Shown: in pieces, positions 26,510-39,706 of the stretch
Layout of the letters: every line of letters starts with the position of its first letter
Numbering within the stretch: the first letter of the stretch is position 1
Assembly (NCBI GenBank): GCA_030390025.1
Contig: CM059432.1
Span: 97,528,001 to 97,592,000, forward strand
Direction: 5' to 3'
Length of the DNA stretch: 64,000 bases
Source of the DNA: Squalus acanthias
Lineage: Eukaryota
Notes under the pieces: model-generated
The model's database searches: none
What the model was told of the DNA's origin: nothing
Seen by the model: the letters and a program-made list of their open reading frames with translations, nothing else
Position numbers and translations under genes: made by a program

Positions 26510-27949
26510 TAAGTGTTTGCAAGCTCTGAGATATGGATATGAGGGTTACAGCAGTGGTGTGTGAGGGTGAGATGGAGCATGTGAATGTGAGTTATGGGTC
26601 GTGATGGATAGAGATTGCTGGTAGGTGAGTGATAGGGGTCTGGTGAATTGAACAGTTTGTGAGGCTAATGGTGCAGCTGGAGGGATATGGCATTCGAAGA
26701 TGAATTCACTGACCTTGACCACTCGTGGGAGTTCATTAAACTTCTTCCTGTACTGTATCCATGCCCTCGGAACTACTCTGCTGGCATTCATCACAATGGC
26801 TATCTGCTCCACTGCACTTTGGTCTGTTGCTTGGAGGGCCTCCTGGCCACCTCTGGAAAGAATACCTCTCTCCTCCTATTGACTTCCTGCACCATGGCCT
26901 CCAGTGCTGCATCGGAGAACCTTGGTGCATGCTCTCTCCCCTGTTGTGCCATCGTTAATTGATTTTTTGCACAGCCACTTGAATGATCTGCTGCAGGCAG
27001 AATGCACCTCCCCTTTAAGAGGTGCAGACTGCCTTTCAGTAGTGCAGGCTAGCTTTAATTGATGCTTGCCTTGCATGAACTTGGGCCCCCGCTGAGTATT
27101 CAGCCACTCAGCAGCGCATTCAGCGCTGGGCTGAACACCACAATCATGGAAATGTGTAGGCAGCACCAAGTTCATGTGCTGCCTGCAGTCCTCCGAGCGG
27201 GCATGGGTTGTTAGCACATTGTGATCCCTGTTGCCTTTTTTAGGGACAAACAAATTTGTAGGCCATAATCTTCCATAACTTAAAAATGTTTATTAAGCTA
27301 CATCTCACTCATTTAACATGCAACCTTTTCCACATTATCTCACATTACCTATATTGCCTCCAAGCTGCATTGATATATTACTTACAAATTGCCTTGCTAA
27401 ATACAGTTTTTACAGCTCCAGTGATCTTTGATGTATGATTGTAATTTAGCAATTATTCCCATAGTAAGAACAAATTTAATGAGCCAAACCGTGCTCATTT
27501 AGATCCTGTACCATAATAGAGAACTGTTTCTGTATTTTGTTCTGTTGTTACCATGGAAACAAGACTTTACTTCAGACATTTTAAAATTAATTTCTAACTA
27601 TTTTTCTCATCTCAGGTTAGCCACCACATCCATACTGCCCGCCTTGATCTGAAGGATATGGTGGTCCAGCATTCAAATAATTCCAGACACATCATTAGTA
27701 AAGACTACCAAATCTTCCCCATTCAGTGGGAGTCTCATGCGTAAAATTGTAACCTTACGTGCTCTCACCTGAGGATCAATATCTCCACCTTTAGAATTTC
27801 CCACTTGGCAGAGTGGCACAAAAAAGGGCCCATTCATTTTAAAGCCCACCCGGCACTGTGGGAAAATGTTAATTACGAGCAGAAATTAATGGGGTGTGCG
27901 AATACGCAGGCATGGGATTTGGTTTCTTAGCCACATGCCATATATAGTG

Positions 27950-28385
27950 AATGTTGACAGCAAATACAGAAGGTGAGCACCTCTCCAGATATAACAAAAA
28001 CCCAATGACAATCATTTATATATTGCAGACACACGAACTAGTGAAAAGTACTGCACATGGAAAGAATAAGTGTGCAACACACATACTCCATAAATGGAGT
28101 TGAAATAGCAATGGTGAACTTGATAGAGATCTAGTGGTCGTAGTAGACCCACACCTCAACATGTTTTACCTCTGCAGAGCAACAATCAACAAAGCCAATA
28201 TATTGCCCAACTATATAGCTATATAACTATATATATTTTAATCTATAATGCAGTAGATTACAAGTCAGAGGAAGTCATACTCAAGCTGTGTGGTGCTCTG
28301 GTGAGACCTTGAATACTAAGACACAAGGGAGACATTCATGCACTGGAGGTAGTTTAGATAAGAGCCATAAGGCTCATCCACAGTG
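27950..28385 (+). mobile_element. Highly decayed CR1 fragment
   Basis: Residual similarity to CR1 (gatctagtggtc, aacaaagccaat, gaagtcatactc, ctggtgagacc). Confidence 0.55.
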
Positions 28386-28611
28386 ACCCTGCTACTAAGA
28401 TTACCAATTAAGAACTAGCAAAATATCTTTGTTATATTATTATTAAATCATTCATACTGACAAAGTGGAATCAGTAAAAAGTTGGCTTATGTTCTGTAAA
28501 TAAACTGAACAGAAGGTATTCCAGCAATTTGGTTACTGAGAACACTGACCCACCATTCTGAAAAGTCATTTTGTAGCCCTGATAGAAAAGAAGGATCAGT
28601 GAGAGATTCAA

Positions 28612-29408
28612 GGGGTGAATTCTGTTGCTCCTCTATTGTAACTTGATTGGAAGAGTTGTGGAAACCCTGGAAAAAACAGCATTAACATTGGTGATGCTGT
28701 TTTCCTGGAGTTTCCACTGTTTCCCCTGCTGAAGTTACAGCGAGCGAGCAGGGGAATCTCTGCACAATTCACCCCCTCCGTACTTAGACAACTGAGCTTC
28801 CCAACCACCCACAGTTCCAGATGATCCTCAAGACAAAGAAGTAGAGAGAAATAGAAAACTGGGGGAGAAAGAGAGAGGAAAGGATAATGAAAAATGTAAA
28901 AGAGTATTAGATTTTTCTGCACAGCAGTGTAAGCAGGAGCCATAGTTTTGCTGCTTGCCTCAATCATTAAAAAGTTGGAGAAGAGAGAGCATACTTGAGT
29001 ACAGACATGGAGCACTGCTCACTGACTTCCAATCATCAACGCCTTTCTCCACATAATCTCCAGGAGATGTCACTCAATCATACTTGTGATCAGTGACTCA
29101 GAGCAGCGATATTAGCGGTAAAAGGACAGTAAACCTGCATCAAAACACAAACATGTTTCAGACAGAGCCTGTTGCTTTTAACCCTTTTTTTTGCTACAAG
29201 TGGGTAATTCAGGTTTATGGCTTGTAACTGAAAATCTCACACCTCGGATTTGCTAAGTGTTGACAGACCAGCATTAATGCCATCTCTCTCCTTCAGTCTA
29301 CCTGGAAGTCTACAGAAAGGAATCCTTCTTCAATCGATTCTCCCTGGTTCCTCAGCCAGATTGCTGCCTTACAGAATCAGTTTGGCTGAAACTGGTGAAA
29401 TTATTCCC
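28612..29408. mobile_element. Old MITE-like element
   Basis: Ends ggggtgaattc / gaaattattccc resemble the local TIR family. Confidence 0.4.
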
Positions 29409-30116
29409 TAGGATAAGCCTGACATTCAAACTTGGATCTTTTAGTTGAGAGTCGAATGCCCTAGGGGTAGAATAACCTTTTCAAAGCACATCAAAAATTT
29501 AACTAAAACAGGTGTCCAATTGTTATAATATGAAAATGTTGAAATCCTGACAAGAAGACTTTGGTTCAAAATTGTAATTCCATTAGTCCCACTCTCAGTT
29601 GATAATTCTCCTGTAGCAAGAGATTTGCCAGCTTAGGTCAGGTTGTCTGTGGGAGAGAGAAAGATGAAAATGTACTGAGCGCCTTCCTACACAGTTCAAA
29701 TATACTTGCTGGGAGAATAAACAAGAGGAGCACTGATGGCAGCTATGGTGATGGCGATGGACTTGACTTTCCAACACTCCAAACACTGATGAGGAGGAAA
29801 CCTACAGTATGTAAAAATGGATGAAAATACCCATCCAAATAAACTCATCAGTTTATCAATCAACATCACCTTTTCAAAGGTTAAACTCATTTTATAGATG
29901 GTTATTTTATTGGTTGATTCAACATTATCCATAGACTATACATATTCCATATATGTGGAAAAAGACAATAACAATTTTAACTGTTACAGGGAAAGGTAAT
30001 TTTCATACATTTGGCCTGCCAGTATTTCCAAAAATGTTAGATGAATCTGATGAATACAGGACATGGTACAATGTGGGGGCAAGAATTTCTTCGGCTGCTA
30101 TGTATAGTGACACTAT

Positions 30117-31851
30117 GGGTGTAATTTTCATCCCCAAAAACGGGTGGGTTTGGGTTGGGTTAAAAATGTTAAAAATTTCAAACCCTACCCCAAACCACCT
30201 CCACCCACCCACTTCCGGTTTTAACGGAGGCGGGATGGTGGACTGGCAGCGCGATAAAAGCTTATGAGGATGCTGCCTATCTCCATTTTTACAAGCTTTT
30301 TATTTTTAACCCATTTCGGCCGGGTTTCGCTGACTCTGCCTACCCCCCCACCCCTCGCTCTCCCCACCGTGATCTCCCTCCACCTCCACGCTCTCCCCTC
30401 TCACCGCAATCTCTCCCCCCACCACCATCTCACCCCGTGATCTCTCCCCACCTTCACGATCTCCCCTCTCACCGCAATCTCTCCCCCCACCATCATCTCA
30501 CCCCGTGATCTCCCCCCACCTCCACACTCTCTCCTCTCACCGCAATCTCTCCCCCCACCATCATCTCACCCTGTGATCTCTCCCCACCTCCACGCTCTCC
30601 CCTCTCACCGCAATCACTCCCCCCACCACCATCTCACCCCGTGATCTCTCCCCACCTCCACACTCTCCCCTCTCACCGCAATCACTCCCCCCACCATCAT
30701 CTCACCCCGTGATCTCCCCCCACCTCCACACTCTCCCCCCTTCCCACAATCTCTCCCTTTACCATGATCTGTCCCCTGCAATCTCACCCCACCCCACGCA
30801 CTACCCCCTTCCCCGCGATCTCTCCCCTTGACCATGAAGCCCCCCCGACCACGATCTTCCCCCATGACCACGATGTCTCCCTCCCCCCCACCCCCGATCT
30901 CTCCACCCCCCTGACCACGAGACCCCTCCCCGACCGCAATCTCTCGCTCCCTCTTCTCTGCTCCAGCCAGTGGGAAACCTGCAGAAAAAATTTAAAAGTC
31001 ATCCTTCAATTAATATCTGCAGGACATCCGGGAAACCCGTACTTCCGGTTTTCCCATCCAGAACTCCTCCCCTCGCTCCGAACGCGCATCTCCAAAAATA
31101 TTTCATTTTAACTCCCAAGGACAGCTGAGTTGAGAGATGGTGGGAAGGTAAACATTTTAAAATTCTCAAACCCGACCACAGCTCACTCACTTCACATTTT
31201 AACGAAGGCGGGTCGGTCATTAAAACCTTTTAAGGAGCCTGCGTCTCTCCACTTTAACCTCATTTTTAATTTTTAAAGCATGCAGGCCATTATCCTGGGC
31301 CTTTGAAATCCCGACTGGTAAAAGGAGGTGAAATGGGCCAGATCCATGAGGTAAGTGCCTTTATTGCACTGCTTGTGGGCCAAGAGGAGCAGGAGTGTTT
31401 TCCCAAGGACCAACAAGCTTACCTCCACGTGATCATACCCCCACATTTGGCCAACCCCTCTGTTATGTCCAATTCACACGCCACCCCCACGATGTCTGAT
31501 TCACCCATTCCCCCACAATGTCCAATTCATCCCCAACCCCTCGTAATGTCCAATTCATCCCACAATGTCCGATTCCCCTCATGATGTCAAATTCATCCCA
31601 AACCCCCCACCGATGTCTGAACACCCCAACCGATGTCCGACCCTCCCCCCCACCCTGTGTGATGTTGGACTTACCTGATATCTGCTCCCCAGCTGCTTTC
31701 CAGCCAGACAGAAAACCAGTCTTTCCATCTCTCTGGTTGTCGGGCAGGAAACCTGTTGAAAAAATTTAAAGATGTCCTGCTGTGTGAACGGGTTTCCGTC
31801 CGAAAATATTCCCCCTTGCTCTCATCTTGACTCTGAGTAAATATCGGGACA
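30117..31851. mobile_element. Composite of two related Harbinger-type MITEs with C-rich internal minisatellites
   Basis: Left end gggtgtaatttt; second unit restarts ~31103; right end aaatatcgggaca; related to 38994-39706 and 56010-56775. Confidence 0.7.
30340..30945. repeat. C-rich degenerate minisatellite (~67-68 bp higher-order unit)
   Basis: Repeats of ctctcaccgcaatctctcccccca...ccccgtgatctctcccc. Confidence 0.85.
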
Positions 31852-32118
31852 TTTATCTTTTTGATATTTCTACCAAAATTGTAAATACAGAGTAAGATGA
31901 TTTTGTTAGCAATATCAAACAGAAGAACTCTTATCCCATAGTGTTTGCCTCCCCTCCTCCAGCAACTAGTCTATGGGCCCAACATTTCAATGGGCCAATT
32001 CCTCTGACAGAAGTGTAGCAATGTTGTCCTTAAGTCTGCCGATGTTGGACAATCCACATCCCATCCCCAAATACAAAGACTGGTCTTTTGCGAATCAGAG
32101 TTGGTGGCCCACACATGT

Positions 32119-33744
32119 ACATAAGAATATAAGAATTACGAGCAGGAGTAGGCCATATGACACCTCAAGCCTGCTCCGCCATTCAATAAGATCATGGCTG
32201 ATCTTCGACTGCAACTCCACATTCCTGCCCGATCCTCCTATCCCTTGATTCCCCTAGAGTTCAAAAATCTATCTATCTCAGCCTTGAATATACTCAACGA
32301 CTGAGCATCCACAGCCTCTGGGGTAGAGAATTCCAAAGATTCACAACCCTCTGAGTTAAGAAATTCTTCCTCATCTCAGTCTTAAATGGCCGACCTGTTA
32401 TCCTGAGACTCTGCCCCCTAGTTCTAGACTCTCCAGTAAGGGGAAACAACCTCTCAGCATCTACCCAGTCAATCCCCCTCAAAATCTTATCTGTTTCAGT
32501 GAAATCACCTCTTATTCTTCTAAACATCAGAGAGTATAGGCCTAATCTATTCAATCTCTCCTCATAGGGCAATCCTCTCATCCCAGGAAACAATCTAGTG
32601 AATCTTCGTTGCGTCGCCTCGAAGGCAATTATATCCTTCCTCAGATAAGGAGAACAAAACTGTGCACAGTACTCCAGGTGTGGTCTCACCAAAGCCCTGT
32701 ACAATTGTAGCAAGACTTCCTTACTCTTGTACTCCAACCGTATTGCAATAAAGGCCAAAATGCAATTTGCCATCCTAATTGCTTTCTGTACCTGCATGCT
32801 AACTCTCTGGGCTGGATTTTACTTACCGAGACACGTTGGGGGCGGGACTGCTGCCTTCCGGGTTCTAGTCCCACCCCCAGCAACGTCCGACGCACAGACG
32901 CTATTTTCCCCTGATTGGCCTTGTTAAGCCTGCCCTGCGGGCTTGCCGGCCAATTAAGGGAAAGCCGTTGTCAGATGACGTCAGTTGATGACGCTTCATC
33001 TGCCGGTTTTCTTAAAGGCACATGAACCATAAATATTTGACAGATGATTTGACAGTGTTTGACAACATTGAGGTGCTGTCAAACACTGACAATCACTGTA
33101 CACAGCTGAGCCCTTGCACCCAGGCTCTCCAGTGACTCTCTCCTTAGGATGAAACAGATGGCAGCTACAGGTGAGGGTGCAGAAGCGATCTGTCACTTCT
33201 CCCATTGAGGTGAGGCCACACAAACACTTCAAAGCTTGTCACCTACAGAAAAATCTAAACACATTAAAAATGACTTTCCCAACATTTCCTTACCTCTGAT
33301 ACTCACCAGTGTCCCATTGCATCCTTCACACCACTTCTGCAGCTTACATCTAAACACCAACATAACAACAGACCCACAGCACACCTCACTTACCCTGGTG
33401 GGGTTCCCCGAAGTCGGGAAGCCCACAGCAGAAGTCTCAAAATGGGAAAAAGCCTCTTAATTGCCTGTTAACTACCTGTTAACAGGCAGGTAAGTGGCTA
33501 TAATCCTCTTCCCGCCGCTAGGAGTCGGGTCCCTGCCCAAATTAGGGACCCGACTCCCAGGAAGATTGGTTGGAGGCGGGTTGGGAGCGGATTCGGGACC
33601 CGCTCCCATTCTGTTTGACTTACCCAGCAGTCCTGCCTCCAAACCCGCCTCCTCAGGGCTGGTAAAATCCAGCCCTCTGTGATTCCTATACAAGGATACT
33701 TAAATCTCTCTGAACACCAACATTTAATAGTTTCTCACCATTTC
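32119..33744 (-). mobile_element. CR1 3' fragment carrying MITE 32809-33675
   Basis: ORF 32294-32797 has CR1 motifs; CR1 sequence resumes after the MITE. Confidence 0.92.
32809..33675. mobile_element. Harbinger-type MITE
   Basis: Perfect TIR GGGCTGGATTTTAC / GTAAAATCCAGCCC; TSD TCT. Confidence 0.92.
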
Positions 33745-34365
33745 TCATCGTCCTCCTCCTCCCTCTGTGAGCAACTTGTTCTCTTCTTTGCTGCCTCTGC
33801 TCCATCTCCCTGTTATGCTGCAGGCTAAGGGCGATGACAATTAGAGCACCCATGACTGGGAGCAAATGGTCTGACCAGAACCCTTGAAGTCAGAACCAAG
33901 ACCTTCTCCACTTGCAGCACCACTCCCTGTCACCTCACCAACTTTAAACAACTCTAGAAAGCTCCAAACACTTCCACAAACTTACACAGAGCCAATAGAA
34001 ATTAATCAGCAACTGACCTGAGAGTGGTTGATGATCCCTTTAAGTATCACTGGTAGGGGGACCTTACAACTGCTGAACGCATGCACAGCTGTGCAAGGTT
34101 AACACAGAGCGCTAGTTCCAGCATTGAGGTTGAAATTGGCAGTGCTGATGTCAAATCAGCATTGCACACTTTTTGAAGTCACAATCTGCCTACTCTACAT
34201 ACTTCTGGCGCACACTCCCTGCGCCCACACTAACACCCTCACCAAGATGGCGTCAAGCGCAGCCCACACCAGAATTGTGCGCGTGCAGCTTGGACACCAT
34301 TTTCAACCCTAAACAGCACCCGTAGCACCCAAACAACGGGCGCTACGCAATCAAATTTTTAACCC
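33745..34365 (-). mobile_element. Harbinger left arm (TIR to transposase start), inverted paralog of element 2
   Basis: 33745-34085 is near-identical to the reverse complement of 16983-17310; TIR gggttaaaaattt at 34365. Confidence 0.85.
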
Positions 34366-34984
34366 ATATGTCTGAAGGAAAATTGAATGCTAAAATGACA
34401 TGTTTAAAATACAGAATAGATGTTGAACATTTATATACAATCTTCAGCACAGAGACAGGCCATTCAGCTCTATTGCCCTGTGCCAGTGTTTATACATAAC
34501 CCAAGCCTCCTCCCACTCTAATTACAAACAAGAACATGTGAAAAATACACTGCCACCAAAAGAAAACACTGAGGTAACACACACTGAGGACACACGCTCT
34601 AAAATAATCTTTTTTGATTGGTTCCTAGGAAATGTAAGGAGATTAAAATTGGTCTCCTTCTCAGCTACCCATGATATTTTGCCCAACTGACATGTTCCTC
34701 TCACCCTACATACATTATTTGCCCTATAGATAGGCACCTGGCACTAGACTTTTAATATATAATTTTATAATTTACAATTTTTCCCTGTTATACTTATTTT
34801 TTAGATGTTACCATTGTGAATATTAGGAACAGAAATTTTTCTAGAATTTAGCAGTTTCACCTTCTTATGCTTCTCTACAATGTTATTGAACAGTTTGCAG
34901 TTTTAGTATTAATGAAAAGAAACTAATAATTAATTGTTGATGTGAATAGTAGTTGAAAGCAAACAAATACTTTTTTAATGATTT

Positions 34985-36633
34985 ATTAGAACATAAGAAA
35001 TCGGAGCAGGAGTAGGCCACATGGCGCCTCGAGCCTGCTCCGCCATTCAATAAAATCATGGATGATCTTCGACCTCAACTCCACTTTCCTGCCCAATCTC
35101 GACATCCCTTGATTACCTGAGTCCAAAAATCTATCTACCTCAGCCTTGAATATACTCAATGACTGAGCAGCCACAGCCCTCTGGGGTAGAGAATTCCAAA
35201 GATTCACAACCCTCTGAGTGAAGAAATTCCTCCTCATCTCAGTCTTAAATGGCCAACCCCTTATCCTGAGACTATGCCCCCTAGTTCTAAACACTCCAGC
35301 CAGGGGAAACAGCCTCTCAGCATCTACCCTGTCAATCCCCCTCAGAATCTTATATGTTTCAATGAGAACACCTCTTATTCTTCTAAACTCCAGAGAGTAT
35401 ATGCCTAATCTACTCAATCTCTCTTCAAAGGACAGCCCTCTCATCCAGGAAACAATCTAGTGAAACTTTGTTGCACCGCCTCTAAGGCAAGTATATTCTT
35501 CCTCAGATAAGGAAAACAAAACTGCGCACAGTACTCCAGGTGTGGTCTCAACAAAGCCCAGTGCAATTGTAACAAAACTTCCTTACTCTTGTACTCCAAC
35601 TGCCTTGCAATAAAGGTGTACTTGCCAATTGCCTTCCTAATTGCTTGATGTACCTGATGCTAACTCTCTGGGCTGGATTTTGTCTTGGGGTCGGGTTGGG
35701 GTCGTGTAATCCGCATTTCGTGTTTCCCCCCTGACTCCAGATTAATGTGGGTGCCTGATGCAATTTTCACTTAATTGGGCAATTGAGTTTGAGCATGTGG
35801 GAACCCATGAACTGATTAGTGTTTTCAGTCTGAAAATCGCCTCTGATGATGTCATCATTACTGACTGCCTACTCTCAGAGACTGTTGGTGAGAGAGGACT
35901 TGCCTGGCTTTTGATGTGAGTGGACCTGGATGCAAAAATGGGGGTGGTGGAGAGAGAGAGAGAGAGAGAATTTTTCTCCCAAGTAAGTCCTCCCAGGCAG
36001 TCTCTGAAGACATTCAATGCAGCAGCATCAGAGGCAATGTTCAGACCTAATACTACTACTACCACCTTCATCATCACATCTCCGTTGTAATAGTGGACCT
36101 GCAGCTGATAGTCAGCTATCCACTTGTGCTCCCGCCAGGTTTCACTGGAGTGTTTCACACCAGGCGTGCTTCACGTCAAAAGAGGGTTAAACTAGCTACA
36201 GCGTTTCAAAATGGCATTACAGAGCCAATTTAGAGCTTGTTAAGGGCTGCAATGGCCTCTCCCGCCTCTTGGAGGCGGGACGGAATCGGGAACCCTGCGA
36301 CTGATTATGTCAAAATTGCGTGGAGGCAGGATGGAGTCGGGATAGGGTCGGAAACCCCGACCCCGCAAATTTAACCCCCCACACGCCTCCAAACCCGACT
36401 CCATGGGTCATTCAAAATCCAGCCCTCAGTGTTTCCTGCATGAGGACACCTAAATCTCTCTGAACATCAACATTTAATAGTTTCTCACCATTTAAAAAAT
36501 AATTCTGTTTTTCTATTCTTCCTACCAAAGTGAATAACTTCACATTTCTCCACATTATATTCCATCTGACACCTTATAGCCTACTCACTTAACCTGTCTA
36601 TATCCCTTTACAGACACTTTGTGACCTCCTCAC
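34985..36633 (-). mobile_element. CR1 3' fragment carrying MITE 35670-36425
   Basis: ORF 34986-35444 is the CR1 C-terminus; CR1 continues at 36426-36633. Confidence 0.92.
35670..36425. mobile_element. Harbinger-type MITE (interior differs from 32809-33675)
   Basis: TIR GGGCTGGATTTTG / CAAAATCCAGCCC; flanks TCT/TCA. Confidence 0.9.
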
Positions 36634-38185
36634 AGGCTAAGTGAGTGGGCAAGAACATGGCAAATGGAATATAATGTGGAGAAATGTGAAGTTATCCACT
36701 TTGGTAGGAAAAATAGAAAAGCAGAGTATTTTTTAAATGGTGAGAGATTGGGAAATGTTGGTGTTCAGAGGGACCAGGAAACTATAGACCAGTTAGCCTA
36801 ACATCTGTCGTTGGGAAAATGCTGGAGTCCTTCATTAAGGAAGCAGTAGCAGGGCATTTGGAAAATCATAATGCAGTCAAGCAGAGTCAGCATGGTTTTA
36901 TGAAAGGGAAATCATGTTTAACAAACTTGCTGGAGTTCTTTGAGGAGGTAACGAGTAGGGTGGACAAAGGTGAACCAGTAGATGTGGTGTATTTGGATTT
37001 CCAGAAGGCATTTGATAAGGTGCCACATAAAAGGTTACTGCATAAGATAAGAGCTCACGGAATTGGGGGTAATATATTAGCATGGATAGAGAATTGACTA
37101 ACTAACAGAAAGCAGAGAGTCGGGATAAATGGGTAATTTTCCGGTTGGCAAACGGTAACTAGTGGGGTGCCACAGGGATCAGTGCTGGGGCCTCAACTAT
37201 TTACAATCTCCATTAATGACTTGGATGAAGGGACCGAGTGTAATGTAGCCAAGTTTGCGGAAGATACAAAGATGGGTGGGTAAGCAAGTTGTGCAGAGGA
37301 CTCAAAGAATCTGCAAAGGGATATAGATAGGCTAATTGAGTGGGCAAACATTTGGCAGATGGAGTATAATGTGGGAAAGTGCAAGGTTATGCACTTTGGC
37401 AGGAAAAATAAAAAAGCAAATTATTATTTAAATGGAGAGAGATTACAAAATGCTACAGTTCAGAGGGACCTGGGGGTCCTTGTGCATGAAACACAAAAAG
37501 TTAGCATGCAGGTACAGCAAGTAATCAAAAGGCAAATGGAATGTTGGCCTTTATTTCAAAGGGGTTGGAGTATAAAAACAGGGAAGTCCTGCTACAACTG
37601 TACAGGGTATTGGTGAGACCACACCTTGAGTACTGCGTACAGTTTTTGTCTCCTTATTTAAGGAAGGATAGACTTGCTTTGAAGGCAGTTCAGAGACGAT
37701 TCACTAGGTTAATTCCAGAGATGACGGGGTTGACTTATGAGGAAAGGTTGAGCAGGTTGGGCCTATACGCATTGGAATTTAGAAGAATGAGAGGTAATCT
37801 TATTGAAACATATAAAATACTGAGGGGGCACGACAAGGTAGATGCAGAGAGGATGTTTCCCATCGTGGGGAAATCGAGAACGCGGGGGCACAGTTTCAGA
37901 ATAAAGGGTCGCCCTTTTAGAACTGAGATGAGGAGGAATTTCTTCTCTCAGAGGGTCGTAAATCTGTGGAATTCTCTGCCCCAGAGAGCTGTGGAGGCTG
38001 GATCATTAAATACATTTAAGGTGGAGATAGAGACATTTTTGCAAGATAAGGGAGTGAAGCGTTATGGGGAGCGGGCAGGGAAGTGGCTTTGAGCCCAAGA
38101 TCAGCCATGATCTTGTTGAATGGCGGAGCAGGCTCGAGGGGTCAAGTGGCCTATTCGTGCTCCTATTTCTTATGTTCTTATGTCT
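36634..38185 (+). mobile_element. CR1 fragments (short piece 36634-36775 joined to RT-3' piece 36776-38185)
   Basis: GKSCLTNL, DFQKAFDKVPH and LVRPHLEYC motifs; ttcttatg tail. Confidence 0.92.
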
Positions 38186-38189
38186 TGTC

Positions 38190-38402
38190 TATGAGTCAGA
38201 AGGTGTGGGTTCAAGTTCCACTCCAGAGACTTGAGCACAGAAATCTAGGCTGACATTCCATTGTAGTACCGAGGGAGTTGCTGCACTGTTGGAGGTGCCG
38301 TCTTTCAGATGAAACCAAGTCCCCTCTCAGTTGGACATAAAAGATCCCATGTCACTATTTCAAAGAAGAGCAGGGAAGCTCTCCCCGATGCCCTGGCCAA
38401 TG
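38190..38402 (+). mobile_element. Deu-SINE 5' fragment
   Basis: B-box gggttcaagttcc and Deu core. Confidence 0.8.
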
Positions 38403-38670
38403 TTTTATTTTCGGGATGTGGGCGTCGCAGGCATGGCCAGCATTTATTGCCCATCCTTAATTTCCCTTGAGAAGGTGGTGGTGATCCGCCTTATACAACT
38501 GAGTGGCTTGCTTGGCCATTTCAGAGGGCAGTTAAGAGTCAACCACATTGCTGTGGATCTGGAGTCACATATAGGCCAGACTGGGTAAGGACAGCAGATT
38601 TCCTTCCCTAAAGGACATTACTGAACCAGATGGGTTTTTCCGACAATTTGAAAGTTTCATGGTCACTATG
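38403..38670 (-). mobile_element. SINE fragment made of the APE-RT LINE 5' leader fused to the LINE 3' tail
   Basis: 38494-38670 matches 20845-21011; 38403-38492 matches LINE tail 25786-25880. Confidence 0.85.
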
Positions 38671-38993
38671 CTATCATACCCGGTATTACGCTACCCAATT
38701 GCGCTTGTTCATGGAAGATTTTCCATTTTTCATTATGTAAATGAGTTTGTGCGAAAACTACAACCATAACTTCACTTTGGAAAACTAGCACAATTTTGAG
38801 CGCAATTTATGCCCAGATTGCCGATTGCACCCAAGGCGGAAACTCTACCCCAGTGTCTTCAGTCATTGCTAATTTTATTGAAAAAGTGAGTCTAATGCAG
38901 GGAATGGCCCTTTTATTCATGTCTGTTCTTTTTCTAAAATAACGAATAGAGGGAAATACTCGCAATGTCATGTGTTGAAATATTGGAAGCTTT

Positions 38994-39706
38994 GGCCTCG
39001 ATATTTACTCAGAGCCGGGAAGGGAGGGAGGGGGAGGATTGTCGGGTGTTTTTTGGCTTCCCGCCCAGCAGCCCCCAGATATGCTCCCTAGATATCGAGG
39101 GGGGTCGCAGACATTTGCGGGGGGAATCCGACATCATGATGGGGGAATCAGACAACATGGGGGGGAATCGGACATTGCGAGGGAATCGGACACCGCAGGG
39201 GGTCAGATAGCGGGGAAAGGGTTGGACATCGTGGGAGGAATTGGACACCACGGGTGTATCAAACATTGCGTGGGGAATCGGACATCGCGGGGGGTCAGGT
39301 ATTGGGGAAGGGGTCGGACATCGCAAGGGGGTTGGACATCGTGGGGGGATTCGGACAAAGGTAAGCTTGATGGGCCTGGGGAAAACATTCCTGCTCCTCC
39401 TCGCCCACAAGTAGTGAAATAAAGGCACTTACCTCATGTATCCGGCCCTTCTTGCCTCCTTTTACTGCCGAGATTCCCGAGGCCCGGGAATCCTTGCCTC
39501 CACGCGTTGAAAATAAAAATTCAGTTAAAATTAAGGCACGTAGCCTTCTTAAAAGCTTTCATCGTCAGACCCACTTCCTGAGAGTGGGTTGGTTGCCCAC
39601 CCCCCGAACCGTCTCCATTAAAACTGGAAGTGGGCGGGTTGGGTTCGGGTTTGAGAATTAAAATCTTTTCCAACCCATCCATCATTGGGGGTTAAAATTC
39701 CTCGCC
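38994..39706. mobile_element. Harbinger-type MITE with G-rich minisatellite
   Basis: Ends ggcctcgatattt / aaaattcctcgcc; reverse-oriented relative of 31103-31851. Confidence 0.78.

Larger units (their letters stand above)
18467..26952 (-). pseudogene. Harbinger Myb/SANT-like gene, 3 exons (~26952-26711, ~19879-19721, ~19567-18467)
   Basis: Exon 1 reads MAQQGREHAPRFSDAALEAMVQEVNRRR...KKFNELPRVVK followed by gtcagt; GT-AG junctions; coiled-coil-like exon 3. Confidence 0.8.
16983..27264 (+). mobile_element. PIF/Harbinger element 2 (left TIR deleted; ~6.5 kb of nested insertions in the Myb intron)
   Basis: Transposase plus convergent 3-exon Myb gene; right TIR caaatttgtaggcc. Confidence 0.8.

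Noticed and set aside
29590..29810. Possible host exon after a minus-strand acceptor at ~29800
   Set aside because: All frames stop soon, with no convincing donor or protein similarity; a non-coding exon cannot be excluded.
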